Of a stretch of 64,000 nt of DNA, positions 33,601 through 49,300 are shown one piece after another. Made by a program: the position numbers and the translations under genes. This stretch comes from Antedon mediterranea. Its lineage: Eukaryota > Animalia > Echinodermata. Positions within the stretch are counted from its first letter, which is position 1. Each line of letters starts with the position of its first letter. Under the pieces are notes generated by a model. It saw nothing but the letters and a program-made list of their open reading frames with translations, was not told where the DNA came from and ran no database searches. The stretch spans positions 18,684,101 to 18,748,100 of the forward strand of contig NC_092677.1 of NCBI RefSeq assembly GCF_964355755.1, read 5' to 3'.

Positions 33601-35931
33601 TGGAGTCATATCAGTAAAATAATGAGAATACTGTTAGCAAAAAGAAAAATTAGTCCAGGGTCGTATATACTGTATCAAAATACATTTTAAAGTTGTATAC
33701 GTATCCTATGACAATACATTTTCCACGGGGAAATAACTTTCCCTCTTCGGTCAAAAAATAACTAGCGTCATAGGTTAGTAATCAACATGAGTTATGGTTA
33801 TTGACATGTTGATGATGTGTGAGGCTTTATTTACAATGTCATATTTTACCTGTCTTTACGAAAATATCGTTGAGTAAAACCTCGAATCATAAAGTAACAA
33901 CACATTCAGAACGTTTACATTTAAAGAACATTAATTGGCCATTGATAGAAGGTCTAAAAATACCGACTCATTTTGAAGTAGAATGCACAATACATGTTCA
34001 TATAATCGTATTTTGTGCCAAATTTAGAAAACGGCAATACATTTTTATGGTCGGATATAATCAAACCGTAACCTAGTTAACCCGTAGCCTAGTTAAACCA
34101 TAACATAGATGTTTGTAAAAGTGTTAATACGGATGTAACCAATGCTCTGATTCTCATCGACAGTAGACTTTAGTACCTTCCATTATGACGATTCACCAAA
34201 GTCGAAAAGTGCATACATGGCTTCTATTGCAGTGATTTAATAATGTAGTTTTGGTTTTAGAAAAATGTGTTTTCCCATCCTTTAATCATAATGCTTGCTG
34301 GATGTGTATAAAAAACACTCCACACCATTGTGATCTTGATTGTGATGGCAGTCTTTTGAACAAAGTAGCACAATGGACCATCTGTTTTCAAATAATTCAT
34401 TATATAAATCGTACATGAAAGCATTGAGGAAAAGGGTCAAATTAAAATAATCCGTGTATTACAAAAATTTAACTTCGAGTCTGTTAAGCCGTATATCAAA
34501 ATGAATTTATTCAGCTGCGACACAAATCACCAACTTCTCTTCCGTGTATGAAAATTGCAACAGCCCTAATCCATTAGCGATTCACATAACACGCGATCTC
34601 ATACATATACAGGATAAATGTAGATTTCAACGCTGAGATTTATCCTGGCACCTTTAATAATCCGTCTAATCCCGTAGGATTAAGTTATCTATAGCTTCTG
34701 CTTCTGAATCTGAGTAAATAATATCAATTATATGTTTTTGAAAGTTATCGATAAGTTGGCCGTCACCTTTCATTCGAATAGGTCTTAGTTCCGGTTGTCA
34801 CAATTTACAAGTTTATAGGATAATGGAACGCTGTTAAATTATCCTTTTGATAGTCCCATGATAGTCTTGTCCTATTCATTGCAAATAATATAGAATACGC
34901 AATTAAAGGACAAACATAAAGTAATCGACCATCCGTTAAGGTCTGACTTTATTTGAAATATACACGATAGCTTGTCATAGCCTCGATTAGTCCAATAACG
35001 ACACATATACTGTATAGTAAACTAAAAGCTTGAGTAGTTATTATTGTGGTTAGTAGCCTACTATTACTAGTACAGTTATAAAAGCCTATAACTTGTTGTA
35101 AGAGAAACCGCGGATCCAATAAGCTTGTATAGGTGGTATAGTGTGGATATCAAACAATAACAATAGATATATGTATTATGTATAAACATAATAATATTAT
35201 ATAACAATATTATTTGTGTCATTTAAGATTTAATAAATTGTGATCGAAAATAAAAACAAATCCCCCTTTAGATCTAACCCTACCCAACTTTCTAACTTGC
35301 TGTAAACGTCAAAAATGGTCTTACGGATCAGGACAAGTGCATTGATAATTAGTTGCCAATTGAAAAAAAAATAAAACATAAGGGTTTACATTTTCAGACA
35401 CTTTATTCAATGGTAGCTTAAAGAATAAACTAAAGTACATAACTGACGTAATCAAATTAAAATGAAAACCTATGAACTTGTTCTGCTAGCGGGTAGCATG
35501 TTGACGTCATCAGGTGAATGAATAAAGATGGGCAACACGGGCGAATTGCGCCCCATGGATAATTCAAACTGAACGTCCAATTTGCACCTGGACCCAGTAA
35601 ATTAAACATAATAATCAGCTTTACTTTCATCATTTGCTGTAAATGTATAATGTGCTGACAAGGCGTGCGTGCTTATTTTTCTTCGCTGTTGGTATCACAT
35701 CGTCAATTTCGGAGTTCGGAGTAATCGGGTGACACAATTTTAGGACACCGGATCAAGTTAATGTTCCGGATAATTTACGGGACAAAGATGGTGTACAGAC
35801 GGAGAGCAACAATATCAATAGTGTACATATCTATTTGGGTTGAATAAAAATAACTTCTAGAAAATGGAGGGAAAAAAATAATAGTAACAATCAAGAATCT
35901 TTACTTTAATCATGGATAAATTTAACAGAGC

Positions 35932-36719
35932 TTAAAGATGTATTGTTCCCCTGAAAGACATTTTTTTTAATATGCCATTTTAATTTTACATAGGCCTAAT
36001 AGTTAAAAAAGAATGTATTTACCTAAAAAAACTGTTAAAGCAAAACATAGTCAAATTGGCTGTCAGCCAATAGGTTTTGGTTGTAATTTATTTTGTAAAG
36101 TTTTTTTCTACAGTACAGAAGTGATTTACTTTATTAAAACTACAAAATAACCTATTGAGAGTATGATTTATTTTATTTTTAATATTTTTTGTTGGAAGAG
36201 AATACATTTTTAATAGCCAGCTATGTTCCATGAGGACATATTCATTAATAAGCTGTTTCATAGCGGTATCTAAGGCCGACAGTTTTGCTAAAATTGAAAC
36301 TCGACTATAATTCATAGGTCCCAGCTGCTAGACGTCTGGGAAAAGAGTCTGAGGGCTCACGGTTGACGATTTTGAATTCTTGCCCTTTGATTGGCTGACG
36401 CGAATCAACAGAGTGTGGAAGAATTTTCACTTGAGAAGTCACGTTGTCTCTAGTCAGTTGCATGCCTATAGTTCGGGTTGAGGTTACAGACAAACAGGCT
36501 ACAGTACATTAAAGTTTAAAATTGACCATTTTTAAATGCCGTTTTTTAATTAGTAGATTAATATTTGTTGGCAAATAATACATTGTTGGAAAGGTACACA
36601 TGTCTTCTTTCAAATGCTGTGTGTAAAATTAACTAGTGAAAAAAATGGGCATGGGATTCATAATTAAAGAACTATCTGTGATTTGTATGTATCTTTGCGA
36701 TTAAAGGACATCTTTTTAA
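35932..36719. mobile_element. Possible old TTAA-flanked (Kolobok-like) non-autonomous element
   Basis: Starts ttaa-AGATGTATTGTTCCCC; degenerate end ggacatctttttaa. Boundaries are weak. Confidence 0.3.
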
Positions 36720-37296
36720 TAATTAATCATAATGATTAATTTTAAAATGTCGAGCGGCGTTTTTTATAAGTAATATTTCTTGTCTAAATGTCTCTCGTTG
36801 GAAACGTAATGCATTATGTAATTAAGAAGGTGCATGGCGCAATGCGTATTCCAAACTAGTAATGTAACCCAAAATATACAGGCCTGTTTTTCCAGGCTGA
36901 AATAAACAAAGTTACCGGGATGTGATTTGTAGGTCTACCTCTATTAAGGGAAAAGATGCAGCTGATTCCGGTACTGTGTGATGTCTAGCTAAAGATGTGG
37001 GTTGTTGTACCACATTCTCCAGTATTAAGTACATTTACCAATTTATTTTTACTGCAATCACAACCACGATGTATTTATTCATCTTACATAGGCCTACTGG
37101 TTTTAATTTAAATGTCTATAAAATACCTATGCTATATGTATGTATGTATTGTGCCTTGACAAATTTCTTAGCTCTGTATAGGCCTACATGACCACATTTT
37201 TTGGCCTCAACATTACCCAAAGTCAAAGTTTATCATAACTTATTTTACTTTATATAATAGGCTTACAAAAAATACAGTTTTAATTTATTTTTTTAG

Positions 37297-37333
37297 GACT
37301 GTGCACACCCTCCGGCGCCACCATCACCAGAAG
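37297..37333 (+). CDS. Probable astacin pro-region micro-exon (DCAHPPAPPSPE)
   Basis: Strong acceptor tttttttag and donor AAG|gtaatt; phase-1 end fits the next exon. Confidence 0.55.
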
Positions 37334-40300
37334 GTAATTGTATAGTTAATTTAAAAATTCCAATTCACTAACTATTCTGACGTCCGATTGTTGGATAAGA
37401 CACGACACCGACTAATTCATAAATTAACTGACTGACTATTACCAAATGACTGGTTTACGAACTAGCTGATTGACTGACATTCTTTTAGTCGACTGACTTT
37501 AACAAAAATCAGATGGAGGTAAACTAAAACTTCGACACTGTGTAACGGACTTAATGTCACTTGCTAGAATCTTGTAATTAAAATATCTATAATGACTTTT
37601 TCAGAATACTCTAAGAAACCTGATGATAGCGAAAAAGACGGTATGGGTGCTATATTAGAAGACAATGCATTTATAAATACAGGTAAGCTACGTATGTTGG
37701 ACAGCAATCCATATTGGAATAGACAAGGATCAGTTACGCCCCAGTAATGTTCCAACGCCAAAATATAATGTGAAAACTAACCGATTACTTCCGGAATTGT
37801 CTTTAATCGGGATATTATATTGCCGTTTAAGTAGTGTCCTTTTGAACCGATTTCTTGCTTTTTTTTCTGTTTATGTTTGTAATTTTGTATACCATTCTAC
37901 AACACTGTTGTCATGCTAGTGCGATTAGATGCAATGTCAAATGTTTGGTTCCCACTAGGAAGATGTGTTTTGAGCTTACGTCCTTGTGATTGATCCTAGT
38001 GTGAACCAAGTTTTACTGGATGTTCTATTTGTCTCCCATTAAATCAGTTATTATATATCAACATTAATGTAATGTTTATTTTTATGTATTTTCAGCAATA
38101 GCAGACGGTTTAGAAGAACCATTCTTAATAGAAGGAGATATTTATGTACCCCAACTTAAGTCAAGGGTAAGTCATTATTTTAAGCAATCCATTTCAATTG
38201 TGAATTGTTTTGAATTTGTTAAGCGCAATAAACACCTATGAAAGTTTCAACATGCTGTAAAAATAAGTGGAAACTATTCTTGTGAAAAGGAGAGAGTGAA
38301 GATCACGATGCAGCACCTGAGTTGTGGGTTGGGATACACCGTGCTCTCGTCGCTAACCAGAGGTCCGAGCTAATAGAATGGCAGGTATGAATGAAAACCT
38401 ATGAAAGCCTAATCCTGCCAGTTGAATAAATATAGCTCTGTTGAAACTTCGACATAGTAATTGAATAATATTTATACACATGTGGTAGGCTTTCGTATTA
38501 AGCTTGAAACAAGCAGAGGAAAATCTCGAATACAAAATCGAATTCCACAGTGCAACGGCTGCTGATTTACAGAAGTAAGCCCTATCCTTATTCCTGGGTG
38601 GAAGCTGTTTTAGTAATACTAATATGGATATGGGTCAAAAAAGCTATGAAGGTATACGGTATAGAAAATCGGGCAATAAACTCATAATGCAATATATACC
38701 ACCAGTAGTATCTGACATCACACACGCAAGGTTAATATCATAATTGAAAGTATAGTTGGAGAATTGCAGAGATGATGAATTAAACATAAATGTCAGCGGT
38801 AAAACGTTTGTTAAAAGGTCAAGGATAAGTACTGTGAAATACTAAAAATATTAAATACACAAATCATGAATATTTGTTTATATAATAATAACTAATTATA
38901 ATCACGTGGCCGATTAACAAGATACATTTAACTCGGAAGAAAAAGTGATTATCATTAATGTATGATGCTAGCTCTCAACCCGCGCACTCATGGTATTGAG
39001 TGAACTCTTTGAACAGTATATGAAAGTATATATCAATGCGTAAAAACATTAAAAAAACTACCGTTTGTTCATAATAGCACTAACTGCTATACTTAAGAAA
39101 TAAGAAATTAATAATAAACATTTTTAAACAAAATACAAAGTTTAAGTAACGATTATCATAAAAATGCAGACGCTGTATGAAGTTATATAATCAAATACGA
39201 AAACAAAATATCTATATATATATATATATATATGCGTAAAATGCCTTGAAAGAAGTTCAGTAACCATCCATTTTTAAACGCATGGTTTATTCTCACAACA
39301 CTAAAAATTAAATTATATCCAGATATGTCAGGAAATTCCAAAAGATCAGATAAAATCCTTACGCCACTTAAGAATGTAGAATGTGGTCGTATTCCAATAG
39401 TTCAATCTGTTGTCAATTTATTAACACAACTGCGTATCTACAAACCGATTATTTTGAAATTAATAATTATTGTTGCAAGAGCTAACGGTATCCGTTGTAG
39501 TTTGTAATTTAGAACTTAAAAGCTCAAAAGATAATTTGCAAAAATGTTTTCATTGTGCTTTAAAAGATTTATGTAAGTGTTAGGTGTTTGAATGGCGAAG
39601 TTAAAAGTAATAGGCCTCTGCCGTGTGCACTTCACAGAATAAAATGTATATAGCATTTGTAAAGGTAACGATTCAAGTGAAATTAATTACGTACCTTACT
39701 ATTAAGAAAATGAACGTTGATTTAGTAGAGGGGAAGTATTATAAGGAGGCTCTGCCAATATAATGTAAGACAGAATTTAAACAGGTGGTCGGGGTGGTTA
39801 TGTTGGATAGAACTGCATTCAATCTGTTGAAAAGTTTCAGAAGTCTACATAAACCGACCCACCTTAAACAAAGAATAGGAAAATCAAGAACATGAAGTAC
39901 TTGCACAAAAATTAAATTGCACAGTTTACAAAGTTCGTTTAAGCATGGAGAAAAAAATAAAAGATCTCTGAAACAACTGATCAAAAGCTTAATGTTAGAT
40001 ACCGCCATGGTTTAACTGAGTCAAATTCAATATTGATTCTGCAGCAATCCATCAGAACCGACCCATATTACTGGATTTTACAATATGAACACTGTTGTCG
40101 AGCTTGAGCAGTAGTGCTTATTACCGGTAAATTGCATGTTATTAGTACTTCTCTTTCGAACATTAACATTTCCCTGGCGCCGACAGTATAATAATTAAAA
40201 AATGTAGGCTATGTCTTATATCTTTAGAAATGTTCCAGTTTATCAAAAGGTAACATTTTGAATATTATACTTTATTTTCTCGTAAAACAAACCAATTTCA

Positions 40301-43300
40301 TCTGGAAATTTAAACCTGTGGAATTATTTTTTAAGAAATCGTTTAAATATAGATACGTTTCCAAATTCTGTAAGAAATGTGTTTAGGCTAAATAATTTGG
40401 AAAGCAGAAGGAACCATTAAAACCGGAGCTATTAAGCATTATATGACTTTTCATAGACTATATGGAATCGGTGACCAATTTTTCCTAATCCTATTCAGGT
40501 AAGTTTATGGAGACTCTTTCGTGTAGCCAAATACACTATAAGATTAGTAAAATCATTATTAAACCCACGCATGGACCAATATAAAAATGAAACAAAACCT
40601 TGAATTTCAATTGAAACAAAGTAAACTTATGGCCTCTTACAATATATTATAAAAACAAATCCCACTTTGCGTACTTTTGAAGATCGGTCAATGGCAAATT
40701 TTGTTGTCAGATATTTATTTAGTAGTGTGTAATAAAATCCATCCAACAATTTGAATTGGTTGAAAAAAAGATTTAAGTATGTGTGTATTGAAAGATATTG
40801 TAGTTGAACACACACACACACACATCAACTAAGGGGATAGCAATGAACTTCTAGTAGTAGACGAAGTTTTACTTGATTTAAAATTAAATTTATCCTGAGA
40901 ATTTGCTCGATAACAAGAATCTACTTAACCTTACGAAGAAAGAAACTATGGATTAGGCCTATTTGACTAATACTCATTAAGTAATTTATCGGGTATTACA
41001 ATACACTATTATAATATTAAACCTTTTGTATTTATTCTTTTTTATTAAACTTTAAATTTAATTAAATTTTAATTTGACTAAGGGTAAATAACACATTAGG
41101 CCTATTTGATTCCTGACAAGTGTGTGGTTATATTCACCAATATATCTAGGATAATGAATTGACTACCACTGAATAAAAACGTAGGATTGTAACGAAATAG
41201 ACAACATGTCTTAATAAACCAGAATGTCTAGGCTCAAGTAGCTTAATAATACAGGCCTTGTCAGGTTACGTAGATCCAGCAGACCATTGGGGAAAAACTT
41301 TCAAGTACACCGACACTGCATCATGACCTTGTGTATTTTCAGACCGACAAAGTTATGAATGAAATTAGTTAATACTTGGCTGACCCCCAAGTAACAGTTC
41401 AGTAGCCTAAAGTAGCGTAAGCCTCCTAAGGAGATGGTAATACTGAACATATTATAGCTGAGCTAAGGGTTTCCATAACATCTACAAAATACATTATATT
41501 GTGTAACGCAATAATGATAGAGGTCTAGTGCGGGCTTTAACTAATTATAAGCAAAGACATGATAATTATAATAAGATGAAATGAAATGTGAAATAGAGGT
41601 ACTGAACCATGTCTAAGTGATTGTCACTCTAACCTCTGTTTTAGTATTATAATATCATAATATTGGAGGGATACAAGACTGAGAATCGGGATCTAAGTTT
41701 GAAATGTGTCCCTCCTAAATTGTGGTAGGTAAACCTGACCTTAATACAAAAGAATGGCAATCAGCCACTGATAAAAAAAATGACATTGACTCTATTTATT
41801 GGATTTATGAAAATTTAATAATCTAGGGTCTGCGTTTGATAAATTTGTTTACATATTTGGTAAATGCTAAACAAGATTTAATATGTCATTAATACTTAAG
41901 ACATCGTGCTTTAAACAAAGTACAGTCAAGTAAACAGTTACTCAATTTTAAAACTGAATCCCGTAGTGGTTCAGGATAATTATGTCTTGTCTTTCATAAT
42001 AAGGTTGTTTACAAATTTTGTCTGTGAACAATATTCAAACGATTTCAAAGGTGAATAGATGTTATCAGTACTAATGTAAAATAGAGTATTTAAGACAATC
42101 TTTAAGTACTAACATAATTTATTATGTATCTCCCTCAGTGTTTATGCCAATGTGTTAAGAACAAAGCCATGCGGGATGTCATTAAACTTGTTTTAAAGCA
42201 AAGCCAACTTATATATTAATTAAAATATCTTATCCTAATTCATCTGTCTACATTATTTGTTTTGCTAAATTTGATTTTTGGGAAGTTATAGCCAAATATA
42301 TGTCACTGAATTTAACTATCGTGCTTTTTTAAACAACTAACTAAGCAAGCTAACTTAACAATTACCGTAACATGTTTGATCATTATTCCTCTCATAAGCA
42401 TAAAGCAACAGCAATATATAACATTGTTCCAATTAACAGACGTGTCTTAACCTTCTAAATGTTGAACATAACATAACAAGCGATTTATACATTAAAAATG
42501 TTTTACATAATTCCCAACTTATTATTACTTATAATACGGTAATTATAGATAATAATTTACGTTGACAATGCTGAGTTTTTGAGATATAATGTACTTTTAA
42601 ATACGTGATTTGTTCCGTAATAGACATTACACGACATATCAACAAATTCCATAAATAATTACATTAAATCATATCTTAAGCTAAAAGTAGGAAATATCAA
42701 TCCTAATTTCTATTTTGATTTAATTTTATCGTCATAAAGTTTTCTCAGGTGAATGTAAAGCCCACCCATGTGTGTTGCTTTAACATTTTCAGAACATTCT
42801 TTCTGAAGTAAACACTTATAGGCCTACATGATAAGCAAATAAACATATCTTTCACAAAACAATATAATGACGACTTATATAAATTATTTTTATGCCACTT
42901 TTTTTTCTATTCTGGTACGTAAACGCAAGTGGCTCCTCAACTGGTTTTCACATTTTTTAATAACAATGAGTTCAGGGGAATTCATTTATTTCTATCTAGC
43001 AATTAAGTTTGATTCTTCCAACAATTACGTTTAACCTCACAACTAAAAGAAGGAAATACCAATTAAATGAAATCCACGTTAAAAAACACATTGCAGAAAT
43101 GACATGTTAAACACGCAATAGCCCTATTGCTTTTAAATACCAAAATAACAAAATTGTCTATTTTCGTAGATTTGACCTTACATATTAATTTAAGTGACCT
43201 TTCAATCTATTAGCGAATATATATTTCCACCTTGTCAATCAGACGATTAAAGGATATGACAATAAGTTAAAAACAAGGTGGTGGAAGTACTTTAAGTAGG

Positions 43301-46300
43301 CTACACTATTGTGATCGCAATTATTTCACATTTTCCCCCTCCCCCACCCTAATAATTATAACAATCATTGTATTGGAAATCCCATCATAGGCCTATACGT
43401 CATGTACACCAATACCTACTTACTACTGTATCATACAGCCACTACTCCAATCACCAAACTAGCAAAATGCACAAATTAAAACAACCTCCGTTACATCATA
43501 GAGATATTATAGTGAACTCTTATTTTTAAAACTGTCATCAATGTATGGAATGTAAACAACATAAGCTCTCACACTATGATTGGTCGTGGTCTAGACGAAC
43601 CCATGCACAATAGTCCTAGAAATATGAATCTATTTGCCATTATCTCCCACGTGGCGGCCTGTTTGATATCTCCCTGAGCAAACCTCTATGAAAATAGCTG
43701 TAGGCCAATAACTTCAGCGTCATGTTAAGTTAGGGCTATGTTTACCCTGGAGATTTAAGCTACTGTAATTGTATCATACACCCTAGAGTAGATAAGACAT
43801 TAAGGGAACACATCATCGCCGGGGCCAGTGTCAGGTAGAGTTAGTGTTAAGACCTAGGGCTGGAAAGTATAAAACGTCAAAGTTACAGTTAAATTAGAAA
43901 CAATATATCGCCTATGGTGAAGAATTATTGAAACTGAAACTTGCATAATGTTGGCTAAAGACACGTAACAATTGTAGAAGTTGACTCTAATTGACATTTC
44001 GTGAATGGTTTTTGTATGACTTACTATAGTGTTATTCACGATGTAGTTTATTATACAGAGAAGTCTGCAAAATCACTGACTTTCAGCCAAAATGGTCTCT
44101 AGGCATGGATTGAGCAAACAGTGATAAATGGGGTTTTTTAATGGAATGAAATGAATCTTCTAAAATGATATGAAAATACTTATCTACGATACCATATTTT
44201 CATTTTAAATGATTTTAACATATAAAAATAAGTTGACGTTTTGATTATTATTATTAAAGGTGATAATTTTCCTTTGGGAATCGGCCTACTATTTACGACT
44301 TAATAGAAAATAAGGAAATTCCAATGAGTTAAGCCAAAATGTTATTACAATTTTATTTTTTTTTTTAATTTTACACGTGTCATCGCTATTCAGCTAGCCT
44401 GACTCACACGTTCATCGAACACGTATACCCGCACGGCGCCAGTGAGAGGAGATGAGAGCTTATATATTGAAAACATGCAGTGAATGGGGAAATTCATTTT
44501 AACATTGTGTTTTGACACGTGACTCCCTATAGACGATTTTTCCAGTGGGGAAAATAGGGCATTTTACATACGCCTAATAAAAATGAATACATTCTTAAGA
44601 ATTAACCTATGGAAACAATATGTTGTATCTCAATTATTGTTTTCGACAACGAGCATATCGATAAAGTAGACTAACGTGAACATTCTATTTCAGTAGAAAA
44701 AACTTGCTTGTTACATATTCATAGCAAAGTGCAACATATATGTATGTTTTATAAAATCAAAATTGACGTAAAATAGAGACAGTATACGTACCATAGTTTA
44801 AATTAATTCACTCCACATACGTCACTTTCACACTGAAGTTACAAAAGTGATCTTTAATTGTAAATAAATTGATGTTTAAATTTAAATATTATTCTAACTT
44901 GCATGAACAAACCTTTACACGACTAAAACTAATCTTAAAGTAATTACAATTGACTTTAATCAGCCTGCTCCATATTACAAGATTATGAGATATGACGTAC
45001 AAAATTAACTGGAATATTTTAGTAAAGTTTGTCCGCGTTAAAAATAATCTAAAGTATATAAAAAACTAGATCATCAATTACCAATAACGACACAATGTGT
45101 CATCACTGATGTATGCGTAATGAGTTCATGTTTTTGTCGAGCAAAACATGAATAAGGATGAATAAAATCAAACTTAGTGACTTTGAAGGGGCCAATTTTA
45201 TTCACAGAAAAAAATACTGATCCTGCAAAATCAATTTTCCCAAAGTCGTCTGAAAGTTCAAGTTAAATATTATTTTCCTCTACTAAATTATGTTCATTTT
45301 TTTCAGGTAATTATTGGTTTTTTTTATGACATGCATCTTATTAAAACATCTAATAATATGTTTTTTCCTGTGAACAAAATACGGAATGGTTAGGACATCT
45401 GCATATCAAGAAGAGGGTCCGGGTTCTTATCTCGGTTGGGGCGACTTTTTCTCATTATCACAGATTTCCTCTTCTTATCGTTTCAAATTAATTAATTAAA
45501 CAACAACCAATTTTCAATTACAATATTTTACAGGCAAGGCGCAATGCAGTGAGAGAACAAAGAAAACTTTGGCCCGGTGCAGTTGTACCGTATGTCCTAG
45601 ATTCAGATAAATTTAGTAAGTATTTGATTTTTTTAATGATATTACAATGGATAGACAGATATTAACGTTTTATTTTTCAGCATTTTTGTAATATATGTTT
45701 CTTTACCACTTCATTTACGTTATATTGTTATACAAAAGCAACCACTGTTGGGAAATACGTTTACTTACAAGATGCATTACTATCGTGTAGTACACTGTCC
45801 CTGTTTGAGTTTATCACCAAAACAGCACATCACTGATATCCTTCGTAGAGTTTAACAAGTTTAATTAGTGTTTTTAAGGTGATTTTGGGGGAGCATTTGT
45901 TGAGGTTGAAGTTGCCTTCAATGGATCAAGTATCTCGCGTAGTATATGGTTATGTGTATATATGATTATATCGATAACCATGATTTTTATTCATTTTAAT
46001 CACCGTAGATATTTTGATAAAGTTATTTCTAAACACAGATACAAGAACCAATACTCTTCATTAAATCAGTTTCCACGTACTGTACTTGGCAAGATATTCC
46101 TGATGCAATTAAAGATCATATTATCTTATTTAGCGTTGATAGTCCTTGCACTGTGGCAATCCTCTGGTGCTCCTCATGTTAGTTTTATGTTCGGTTTACC
46201 TGGAAATTGAAAAGATTAAATTTTAAAAAAAACTCTAGATATAGACAAAGGGTACGAATCTTAAAACAAATTTGAGGGCGCTACTTTCCTATGTTTATAT

Positions 46301-49300
46301 ACACAACTTCTCACCGTTTTTGGGTCTAGCAGCTGGAAATCTATATCATAGTGGAGTTTCCATTTTCGCAAAACTGTCGTCCTTAGAACTATAACTGCTG
46401 CTTGCTTTAGCTTCTGATTGAGTAGTCCTAAATGGGACGTAGCGGGCTAGAGGAGTACCGTGAAAAAATCAACATGTATAGTGTGCGCCGTCTATTTTCA
46501 ACTCCGTGTCCAAAGATTTATTTGAGCTTTTTTAAAAATGCATTAGGGGATTACGCACCTTTGCTCTCCCCCGTGTGGCTAATTCAACAGTGGTCAATTT
46601 CCCTCAGATCACCCACATCCTACCAGGTCTTAAGTATACTTTTAAAGGAAACTAGATAAAGTAGTTCCTTGCTTTACCACGTTACAAAATCCAGCCAGAT
46701 TGAAAACCCAACAACTTTTATCGCTCTACCCCATATTTATAGTGCTTCCATTAAGTTTTAATCAACAGAAACCCGTTATCAACATATTGTTGACATACAT
46801 ACTAATTATTACTAATTGATATAGTACAGCACTGAGATGTTTTTTTGAAAAGTAATTTGTTCGATGGTAGTCGATGGGAGACCAAAAATAGTTATCCACA
46901 GACTTCAATAAAAATAGATCAATGTTTTGCATCTAATATTTTAATTGCAAGTGCAACCGTAAGTATTACGCGATGATGTACGTACAACGCTAGTTTGTTT
47001 TATAATCTCAAATTACTCGCGTTACGGGCACGTTAATTTCTTGTTGCATCATAGTGTGAACCAAACGTTAACATCATTCATCACTTAAACAGGAAATAGG
47101 TTAATTTTACCATTAGATTGATTACAACCCCCTAACCTTAATTTGACCCTATCACATGACACATCACAACTTGTGAGCTAATAATATTGTTAATTTTTTA
47201 TCACAATTCACATTATAATTAGCTTATTATACATTTACCTATGATTCATATATGTTTAATTACATCGTTCTCTAACATGCCTCTAGATTAATTTAAATAA
47301 TGTTATGTTTGTGTTATTCAAATTAAACGTGCATATAATATGTAATAGGCCTAATAATGTATAAACGTGTCTGTCTAGGCTTCTCTATCTTTCGGACAAC
47401 AAAACTAGTGTAACTATTAAACAACGTGATAAACTAAAATCATTTACAATGTTATTTAATAAATGTATGCAGCATTTTCTTTAATGCAAATGTGATTTAT
47501 CAATTAATGATCACAAAATTAGCCATTAAAACTTAAAGACCAGGTACGGGCAAAACATTTCCATTGATCATACATTCCAATAATTATCGATCTATAGTTT
47601 CCCCTATGTTTCATATTTGTTTAGATTTTATTGGTGTTACACGAGCTTGTTGAAAATAATCACTTTCTTATTAGTGGGAGATAGTTCAAATTACACAGTA
47701 AAATGTCTATTCTTTTGTACACAAATGTTATAAATAGAGAGGAATTTTTAAAAAACTATGAAAAATAAACGGTGTGGTAAAAAATGTTATCAGATGACTA
47801 AATATAGACTAGGTAATATAACTTGAATTTTACGTTTCTAGTATTTTTATTCAAATTCAGATTTTAATTTAAATGCTACAGCAAAAATTATCCACCGTAT
47901 ACCCACCATCTTTTTTCACCTTCTAGGGAGTCACCAGACATGTTATTACATTAGGTTAAACTACCTAACTACTGAAAAAAATCTTCCTGTTTTTTATAGC
48001 AGAATTTTGAAAAATTTTGTATTTGACCATTTTATGGAAAATTTATGTTTTTCGTCTTGATTTCTTTTACAAATATTTGATTTATATACAATTAACCAGA
48101 TATTATATTTAATATTCATGCCTGTACCTGACCTTTAAAACTTTACAGGTACAGTACTACAATTTGAATTCACCATGAAAAACTCCTTTTTATACATTAT
48201 TGATTGACATGACTAATAGATTATGGCTTGTCATCTTTGAGCTGTCGTAATAAACCGATAATCTGTTCTCTACAGACTTTCTGTAACTATTTTATTTAAC
48301 ATTGGTGTACTCATGGGAATCCTTTCAAGAGGGGGTTTGACGAGATATGGATTTAGTGGTTAGGTCAATTTACTCGTTTATCAAAATTATAATATTGGTA
48401 AGCGGGGGAAAGAAAAAAGGAGAGAGAGAAGGGGGGGGGGGGTGTGGGGTGGGGGGGGGGGGGTGGTTTCAGATACTGACATTGTTCAGTAGGCTACATG
48501 CCAAGAACGTTTTAATTAAATAATAGCAAGCAGCACAGAACATTTTTAGTATTAGAAATAATATCATTTGATAAATACATCATAAGTAATAACATTGAAT
48601 CTATTGCATACTGACATGGTTGTTGATATACCTTTTGCGCCTAATGCACTGTTGGGATTAGGCCTACAAGTACATAGGACAGTACAGATTGACGGACTGA
48701 AAGGGGTGGGTGATGTGTCTCTGTTTTCATTGTATGATATCTACCAATAAGCTTTATTCTTCCGGTGTATTACTTTAATAATGCAATGATTTTCACTTTT
48801 ATTATTAATATTAACAGAAAGAACTGTCCTTGACTCTTGTGTAAATCACAAGAAACAAGTGATTTTTTTGTTATTCACAATTAAATTTCTTATTCAATAA
48901 TTTTGTCATAACTTTATAGTCTTTTGGGAACGTAAATAGGCAATAGACATGGGACTGATAGTCGCCATTGGCTAACAAGATAGTACATTAAAAAACTATA
49001 AGAAACATAAAACAGTCTTATAGTTTGACATTTCGTTATTTTGAAGAACTAGCTGTGACAGGTGCGGTCGGTTTCTTTTAAGTGTTTGATGGATACAACT
49101 TTGTTAAGTGTATAAAATAACGAAATAAAGCATTTGCTCTCAAGTATATGTCGATGTACTGTACTGTTAGTTAGCGTGTCGTGTGATATCGACTATATAC
49201 CGGTATGTTTTGATGTCGATGTTAATGCACCCGATTCTGCAGCTGTCACTAGATATATTCTAAAACTATCGCAAGTCATTTAGAAACAAGTCTACCTTTA

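Noticed and set aside
35643-37118. Candidate first (signal peptide) exon of the astacin at ~35643 or ~36995
   Set aside because: Neither gives a convincing hydrophobic signal peptide with a phase-matched donor; left unassigned.
48431-48466. Poly-G tract as a functional G-quadruplex
   Set aside because: Simple intronic homopolymer, with no supporting evidence and an error-prone length.
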